From Methanohalobium sp. (GTDB taxonomy: Archaea; Halobacteriota; Methanosarcinia; Methanosarcinales; Methanosarcinaceae), in the NCBI RefSeq assembly GCF_046546175.1, contig NZ_JBKGYF010000020.1, forward strand, positions 1,001 to 25,000: 24,000 bases of DNA, read 5' to 3'. Below the pieces are notes generated by a model. That model did no database searches, had not been told where the DNA came from, and was given only the letters and a program-made list of their open reading frames with translations. Made by a program: the position numbers and the translations under genes. This document shows, one piece after another, positions 19,198 to 24,000 of this stretch. Each line of letters starts with the position of its first letter. Position 1 is the first letter of the stretch.

Positions 19198-20145
19198 TCA
19201 AAATCTTATACCCCCAAGTAAAGCGATGAACAGACCAGCTATGATTATATCTGCTGTTGAACCCGGATTTATATTTTTATCAAGAAGTTCATTATCAAAA
19301 TCTTGGATAACCGGAAGTATGGATTTAAAATCAAATTTTTGCTCATCCAGACCTGACAATATCTCTGAAGCTCTTGATGACACATATTCAGCAGTTTCTT
19401 TGTCAAATTTGGTTTCAATAAATGTGTCTCTGTTTTCAGAAAGGGTTTTTAAAAAAGTGTAAACTATTATGTCGTTAATTTTATTATCTGGATTTTGCAT
19501 GCCCTGGATTATAGTATCTGCACATCGGCTGCACCTTTTGAATCCTGTTGTCCATTCATCAGCAATCAGGTCGTAGCTTTTTGCGATATCCATCAGGTTG
19601 TAGAGGGTTACATTTTGTTCGTATAATGAATTGATTGAACTTTTATCTTGCAGGTCAAATTCATTTACATCATTGACACGGACACCGGCAAAACTGAACG
19701 ATTCGTAGAAATTAACAGCATCCTGGGTATCGGTATTTCTGACCAGCTCATGGGCACAATTGATGAGTCCACTTAATGAGAATTGTGGATTATTTCGTAT
19801 GATATTTCCGGCAGCCATCGTAAGTGGAATTTGCAAAATGAAGGCTCCAAAATGAGTGTTTCCTCCTTTCTGCCAGCTGATGCTTTCACTGACAGCACGC
19901 TTGATGAGTTTTCCTATCCCACTACCGGATTTTGAAGCGTCCTCTATGACCGGATATACACTGACAGCAGACGCCAGAAAATGTTCGTAATCGGTATCGT
20001 TATAATTGTGGTTTCTGTCAATGTTTCCTGGTTTTGGGGATGATGATACTTCAAGAACCATGGAAAGTTGAGCACAGCGGGCTATATGGGCTGCAATTTT
20101 ATCTCCACTGTACTCGTCTTCTGATAAATTGATTTTAAAATTCAT
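19198..20145 (-). CDS. Triphosphoribosyl-dephospho-CoA synthase (CitG) family protein, methanogen type (COG1767)
   Basis: 315 aa. SPKPGNIDR motif and the helical CitG-like core. The ATG overlaps the upstream gene's stop (ATGA at 20142-20145). Confidence 0.7.
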   Translation of the reverse strand: MNFKINLSEDEYSGDKIAAHIARCAQLSMVLEVSSSPKPGNIDRNHNYNDTDYEHFLASAVSVYPVIEDASKSGSGIGKLIKRAVSESISWQKGGNTHFGAFILQIPLTMAAGNIIRNNPQFSLSGLINCAHELVRNTDTQDAVNFYESFSFAGVRVNDVNEFDLQDKSSINSLYEQNVTLYNLMDIAKSYDLIADEWTTGFKRCSRCADTIIQGMQNPDNKINDIIVYTFLKTLSENRDTFIETKFDKETAEYVSSRASEILSGLDEQKFDFKSILPVIQDFDNELLDKNINPGSTADIIIAGLFIALLGGIRF

Positions 20146-21347
20146 TCTGTCTCGTTTACAGGAATATTTGCGTTTTCCAGGATATAGTTCGCCAGTTCTT
20201 TCTTAAGCTGCATATACTCTGGACCTGACATATCCAGCATATATAATACACCATCGCGTATCGGGCAGAATTTGGTGAGTTTGCAGCACCATACAAGTGA
20301 ACCGAAACAGGTGCTGTCACCGAACTCAAGTTTTGTACCCTTGGCAAATTCCATTTTCAGGTCTTTGAATTCTTCAGGAGTGATGCCCAGCTTTTTAAGT
20401 TTATTTTGCACTGCACAGGGTTTGATTGGAAGGCAGCAAAATGTCAATCCACGCAGGTCACCTTCACCGGCACAGATGTGTTTAGGAGCATTGTACCAGC
20501 CGATTTTTTCCTGGAAATCGGTAACTCCTTCTACCAGTTCATCAATAAGGTTGTGGTTGTCCAGAACTCCTCTCGAGACTGAAACAAGATTAACACCTCG
20601 GGAAAACATATCCTTTGCATCTGAAAATTCGGTGATTGAATTGTTTCCTATAAGAGTCATTCTTACAGAATCTCTGATTTTGCGTATCGCCTTCAGGTCG
20701 GCTTTGTTTTTACCTTCCAGTGTAGCATCAACATGTAAGATGTCTGCGCCTGCAGATTCTATTTTTCGTGATAATTCAATATCATCTACAACATTAGCCC
20801 GTATTTTTACAGAGAGGATAACGCCTGTTTCCTTCAATTTTTCAATCCATTCTACAAGCCTTGGTATGTCATGCATTAGTGCTTCACCGACACCAATGTC
20901 TATCATTTCTTTCTGGCGGCAATGTGCGTCCAGTTCAAGAATCGCATCTGCATTTTTAATGATTTCTGCAGCTTCAAGAAGGGGTTCAAGGGTGGCACTT
21001 CTTATATTGGCAGCTACAGCACCTTCGGTGTTGGTATTGTTTATTTCATCCTTTAAAAATTCCAATGGGTTATCAGTGACATACTCCTTTCTGTCTCTTT
21101 CAGCCATTCTGGATGCGGCTTCATTTGTTTCCTCATCCAGATTGAATCCACCGAGTATCACAAGTCCTGCATTCTTTGCATATTTATTGGCAAAATTGCT
21201 GTCTGTGATACCTGCCATCGGACCAAGTGCAATCGGATTTTTGAATGAGATATCACCTACCTTTAAATCAAACAATTCATTATTCAAGTTATAACCTCGA
21301 TTAAAACTAATTTTTAAAATAATTCTCTGTATTAATTTTGAATCCAA
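20142..21347 (-). CDS. TIM-barrel (DHOD/Dus-like) protein fused to an 8-Cys 'methanogenesis marker 9' domain
   Basis: N-terminal FKNPIALGPMAGITD..LELDAHC..ILHVDA is typical of FMN-type beta/alpha barrels. The C-terminal 70 aa (C292-C361) has 8 Cys, including two [FW]CCxxxKxC repeats (FCCLPIKPC, WCCKLTKFC). The likely real start is TTG 21287, with a GAGGT SD 6 nt upstream, rather than TTG 21347. Confidence 0.7.
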   Translation of the reverse strand: MDSKLIQRIILKISFNRGYNLNNELFDLKVGDISFKNPIALGPMAGITDSNFANKYAKNAGLVILGGFNLDEETNEAASRMAERDRKEYVTDNPLEFLKDEINNTNTEGAVAANIRSATLEPLLEAAEIIKNADAILELDAHCRQKEMIDIGVGEALMHDIPRLVEWIEKLKETGVILSVKIRANVVDDIELSRKIESAGADILHVDATLEGKNKADLKAIRKIRDSVRMTLIGNNSITEFSDAKDMFSRGVNLVSVSRGVLDNHNLIDELVEGVTDFQEKIGWYNAPKHICAGEGDLRGLTFCCLPIKPCAVQNKLKKLGITPEEFKDLKMEFAKGTKLEFGDSTCFGSLVWCCKLTKFCPIRDGVLYMLDMSGPEYMQLKKELANYILENANIPVNETE

Positions 21348-21436
21348 TACATGGATTGTGACATATTAATGTAACGCTGTGATGATGATAACCAACAAAT
21401 TTAAGTATCCTTCAAATAATCATGTTACTAATAAAC

Positions 21437-21815
21437 GAGAATGAGAGAGGAAGGACGGCCACCGGGTCGATCGACCTGAGGAAAGTCTCCCCACCATAAA
21501 AATACACGAACGCTTGTAAAGGGTGTCAGGTGAGAGCCTGGGCAATGGCACAGAAACGATACCGGTCCATGTTAATGCCATGATACTTAACGGTTGAGGT
21601 CTTATGGAACCGGATGGAACGGCGAAACCTCGTGGGTGCAAGTCAGTTCCATTAGCGGTTTTACAATTGTGAACCGTTATTGGTGATGTTTTATTGACGC
21701 TAAGCTGAATGCCGTCACTGCAAGTGCTTATCGTTTGATAAGCCGTTTTGCATCATCCAGATGGTGCGGGACTTTTGTAGCAACAGAAGGGAGCTTATTC
21801 TCCTCACTCATTCTC
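21437..21815 (+). ncRNA. rnpB: RNase P RNA (archaeal type A-like); core 21453-21733 firm, outer ends inferred
   Basis: CR-I GAGGAAAGUC at 21478-21487; GUAAAGGGUG..GGUGAGAGC at 21516-21536; CACAGAAA at 21549-21556. P2 pairs GACGGC 21454-59 with GCCGUC 21711-16. P3 hairpin CGGGUC-GAUC-GACCUG at 21463-21478. CR-V-like GAAUGCCGUCACUGCAAGUGCUUAUCG at 21707-21733. A 15-position closing helix joins 21437-51 and 21801-15 (14 Watson-Crick pairs, one A-A mismatch). Confidence 0.85.
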
Positions 21816-22429
21816 AATTCCTGCACTACATTTTTCAGATTATTATAATCTATTTCTGTATCATAACACCCGTCATTTATTAATGGGACTCCATAGGTAA
21901 CTATATTATAGCGTTTTAGATACCTCATGACCTTGTTAAGTTCGTAATAACAGGCAAGTAATAGTGCACCATCAACGGATTCTTTTTTGACGATATGCCG
22001 GATGTAAGAGGAACCTGCAACAATGTAGAGGTTATAGTTGTAATTTTTAGCATCGGTTTTTATACTGGACAATATACATTTACCACAAGAAATACATTTA
22101 ATTCCAAACCTTGTTGATGACGCTGGACAATCCAGTGAGCGCATACAATGAGGTGCCAGTATCAGACGGTTCCTGGTTTTTTTAAAACTGGATTTGTTAG
22201 CAGTATTCCTGAGAGTCACCATCAATTTATCCAGTTTTGATGTTTCACTGAATTTTTGAAAAACGATTTTGATAGGCAGGTAAAAAAAGTCGAGGATATT
22301 TACAAAGAATCCTGCAAGCCACACATTCCTGTCAAGGTTTATACGACCCACCAGCAATGCAGTTGCTGTTAGTATAACTGAAACTATTATAAAAAAGAAC
22401 AATGCAATACCAATCAGATTATAGAGCAT
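21728..22429 (-). CDS. DUF116-family membrane-anchored Cys-rich protein, paralog 2 (reduced Cys set)
   Basis: 233 aa. Hydrophobic N-terminal helices, then LAPHCMRSLDCPASS..IKCISCGKC..IVAGSSY..LLACYYEL..NDGCYDT. Clearly paralogous to the upstream ORF. The last ~29 codons are antisense to the RNase P RNA 3' region. Confidence 0.65.
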   Translation of the reverse strand: MLYNLIGIALFFFIIVSVILTATALLVGRINLDRNVWLAGFFVNILDFFYLPIKIVFQKFSETSKLDKLMVTLRNTANKSSFKKTRNRLILAPHCMRSLDCPASSTRFGIKCISCGKCILSSIKTDAKNYNYNLYIVAGSSYIRHIVKKESVDGALLLACYYELNKVMRYLKRYNIVTYGVPLINDGCYDTEIDYNNLKNVVQELRMSEENKLPSVATKVPHHLDDAKRLIKR

Positions 22430-23075
22430 TATTGCTGCACATCTCCATTTTTCTTGTTACTTCGTCTACATCAACTTTAGTGTTGTAGCATCCATCCTTT
22501 AATAAACATACACCCTGTACCGGCATGTATTTCGAGACTTCCTGCATCGATTCGGTCAATTCCATGTGACATGCAACACCTATACATGCATGAGGTCTGC
22601 AGGATTTTATAATTTTTCTGACAAAACTGTCACCAGGTACTACAAATACATTAAAATTATACCTTTCGGCAGCTTTACAAATAGAACCTATGTCACAATG
22701 ACCGCATTTTTTGCATTCATAACCGGTAATAGGGTCACATCGAGCTTTACAATTCGGATGCCTTAGACACTGTGGTAGGATAACAGCACATGGCCCTTCA
22801 ACTTCTTTGAATTTTTCCAACATTACAGCATTTCCTACTTCTATAATAATATCATCAACTAGAGACTCTTTTATGGAAAGTGTTCTGCAAATCAGTTTTG
22901 CAGGGGAATAGAAAAAATACAACATAAAAAATATAAAATTCGGAAATAGTGACTTATTTTTCTTATAACTGTATAATCCAAGCAGCAGTGTTATTGATGT
23001 CAGAATAATGACAGCGATAGCAAGGTAAACAAAAAACCTGCCAAGAAGAGCATAGGGAATAAACATATATTCCAA
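22419..23075 (-). CDS. DUF116-family membrane-anchored Cys-rich protein, paralog 1 (full Cys set)
   Basis: 218 aa. N-terminal TM helices, then LPQCLRHPNCKARCDPITGYECKKCGHCDIGSIC..VVPGDSF..GVACHMEL..KDGCYNT. Its 3' end overlaps paralog 2 by 11 nt. The start may be ATG 23066 instead of TTG 23075. Confidence 0.65.
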   Translation of the reverse strand: MEYMFIPYALLGRFFVYLAIAVIILTSITLLLGLYSYKKNKSLFPNFIFFMLYFFYSPAKLICRTLSIKESLVDDIIIEVGNAVMLEKFKEVEGPCAVILPQCLRHPNCKARCDPITGYECKKCGHCDIGSICKAAERYNFNVFVVPGDSFVRKIIKSCRPHACIGVACHMELTESMQEVSKYMPVQGVCLLKDGCYNTKVDVDEVTRKMEMCSNNAL

Positions 23076-23193
23076 AAATGTACATATCGATATATAATAT
23101 TATCCGTACATAATTACATTGCCATATATTACCATATTACTTTCAGACCGCTTGGTTGAATTATATATCTCTAGAATGTATATGGTGTAATGT

Positions 23194-24000
23194 ATGGTAT
23201 TTAATGATTTTGAACGTCAACTAAAGAACGTAGAAAATTGTATTCAAAAAGCCAATTATCCTGATGAAAACAAACAAGTCCTCTTTGATTTTGAAAATCA
23301 TATGTTTATGGATGGGTTTAGAACATCGTCTATAAAAACTACTATCTTTAATCTTCATAATATTTCCAAACACATAAACAAACCGTTTTCAGAAATACAA
23401 AAACGTGATATTGAAAGTTATATCGGCTACCTTGAGCGTAATGTTGATTCAGAATCAAGAAAAAAATTGATGAAAACTTATCTGAAAAAATTCTTTAGAT
23501 GGTACAATGGTGGCACTGAACCGGAGAAGACTAGTTGGATAAATACAAATTCAAAAAAAAGTGGAACCAAAAAACTCCCTGACCAACTAATGACCACTGA
23601 TGAAGTTAAAGCAATGATAGATGCTGCATATTATATAAGGGATAAAGCTTTGATTGCTGTTTTATATGATTCTGGTGCAAGGATATCTGAAATAGGCAAC
23701 TTGCAGATTAAAGATGTAACATTTGACCAATATGGAGCTGTATTAAGGGTTAATGGTAAAACCGGTATGAGGAGGATAAGGATTATCTTCAGCGTTCCAT
23801 ATATTTCAAATTGGCTGGATAACCATCCATTCAAAGACAAAAAGGATTCTTACATCTGGGTTACTTTGAGCAGAAGATCGAAAGGTGAACAATTAAAGTA
23901 TCCTACGATATATCTCAATCTTAAAAAAATAGCTTCAAGAGCAGGAATTGAAAAACGTATCTACAATCACCTTTTCAGACACTCAAGAGCAACAGAACTT
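23194..24000 (+). CDS. Tyrosine recombinase / phage-type integrase, 3' end cut by window edge
   Basis: Absent from the ORF track (no stop in the window). ATG 23194 opens a 269-codon frame: MVFNDFERQLKN.., a SAM-like N-domain (SIKTTIFNLHNISKHINKPFSEIQKRDIESYIGYL), catalytic Arg in LYDSGARISEI, and HLFRHSRATEL (HxxR) at the edge. Confidence 0.85.
   Translation, partial: MVFNDFERQLKNVENCIQKANYPDENKQVLFDFENHMFMDGFRTSSIKTTIFNLHNISKHINKPFSEIQKRDIESYIGYLERNVDSESRKKLMKTYLKKFFRWYNGGTEPEKTSWINTNSKKSGTKKLPDQLMTTDEVKAMIDAAYYIRDKALIAVLYDSGARISEIGNLQIKDVTFDQYGAVLRVNGKTGMRRIRIIFSVPYISNWLDNHPFKDKKDSYIWVTLSRRSKGEQLKYPTIYLNLKKIASRAGIEKRIYNHLFRHSRATEL

Noticed and set aside
20272-21294. 340-aa plus-strand ORF antisense to the TIM-barrel/marker-9 gene
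   Set aside because: The product is low-complexity and Ser/Leu/Phe-rich with no recognisable motif, whereas the opposite strand encodes a protein with clear domain signatures. In this offset frame, stops arise only from sense Tyr, His or Gln codons in particular contexts. A long shadow ORF is therefore plausible by chance.
21467-21478. 12-nt perfect palindrome GGTCGATCGACC
   Set aside because: It is explained as the P3 hairpin of RNase P RNA. It is not a separate protein-binding or restriction-type site.
21420-21641. 73-aa minus-strand ORF
   Set aside because: It lies entirely within the RNase P RNA gene, whose CR-I, P2 and P3 elements are on the opposite strand. The ORF is spurious.
1-24000. 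CRISPR arrays, tRNA/rRNA genes, IS elements
   Set aside because: Reading by eye found no regularly spaced direct repeats, no tRNA-like T-arm/acceptor patterns and no transposase-like ORFs. The only mobile-element signal is the integrase at the 3' edge.

Overview
AT-rich, densely coded archaeal chromosome segment, almost certainly from a methanogen of the Methanosarcinales type. This rests on a complete coenzyme F430 (cfb) cluster, glycerol-1-phosphate dehydrogenase, PurP and an archaeal RNase P RNA. Order along the window: (1) minus-strand information-processing operon aIF2-gamma / Fcf1-like PIN / RpoE' / Spt4 / DUF359 dephospho-CoA kinase (1-2945). (2) purP and two membrane proteins (3127-5843). 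(3) egsA, UPF0179, a DUF2150-like protein and a convergent glycogen-synthase-like glycosyltransferase (5970-9406). (4) cfbA-cfbE-cfbD-cfbC-cfbB (9614-14909). (5) endA, a small conserved ORF, hflX and a PHP phosphoesterase (14928-18594). (6) A minus-strand, translationally coupled operon of uncharacterised methanogen genes: TIM barrel plus 8-Cys marker-9 domain, CitG-like, DUF447-like (18602-21347). (7) RNase P RNA (about 21437-21815). (8) Two tandem DUF116 paralogs (21728-23075). (9) A tyrosine recombinase running off the window (23194-24000). No CRISPR array, tRNA or rRNA was seen. The best candidates for undescribed biology are the marker-9/CitG-like/DUF447-like operon (with an in-frame amber codon in its last gene), the DUF116 pair, a structured 3' extension of RNase P RNA that overlaps a CDS, and an inverted repeat enclosing a G-poor CUCC-repeat spacer after hflX. 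All family names come from motif recognition by eye; no database search was run.
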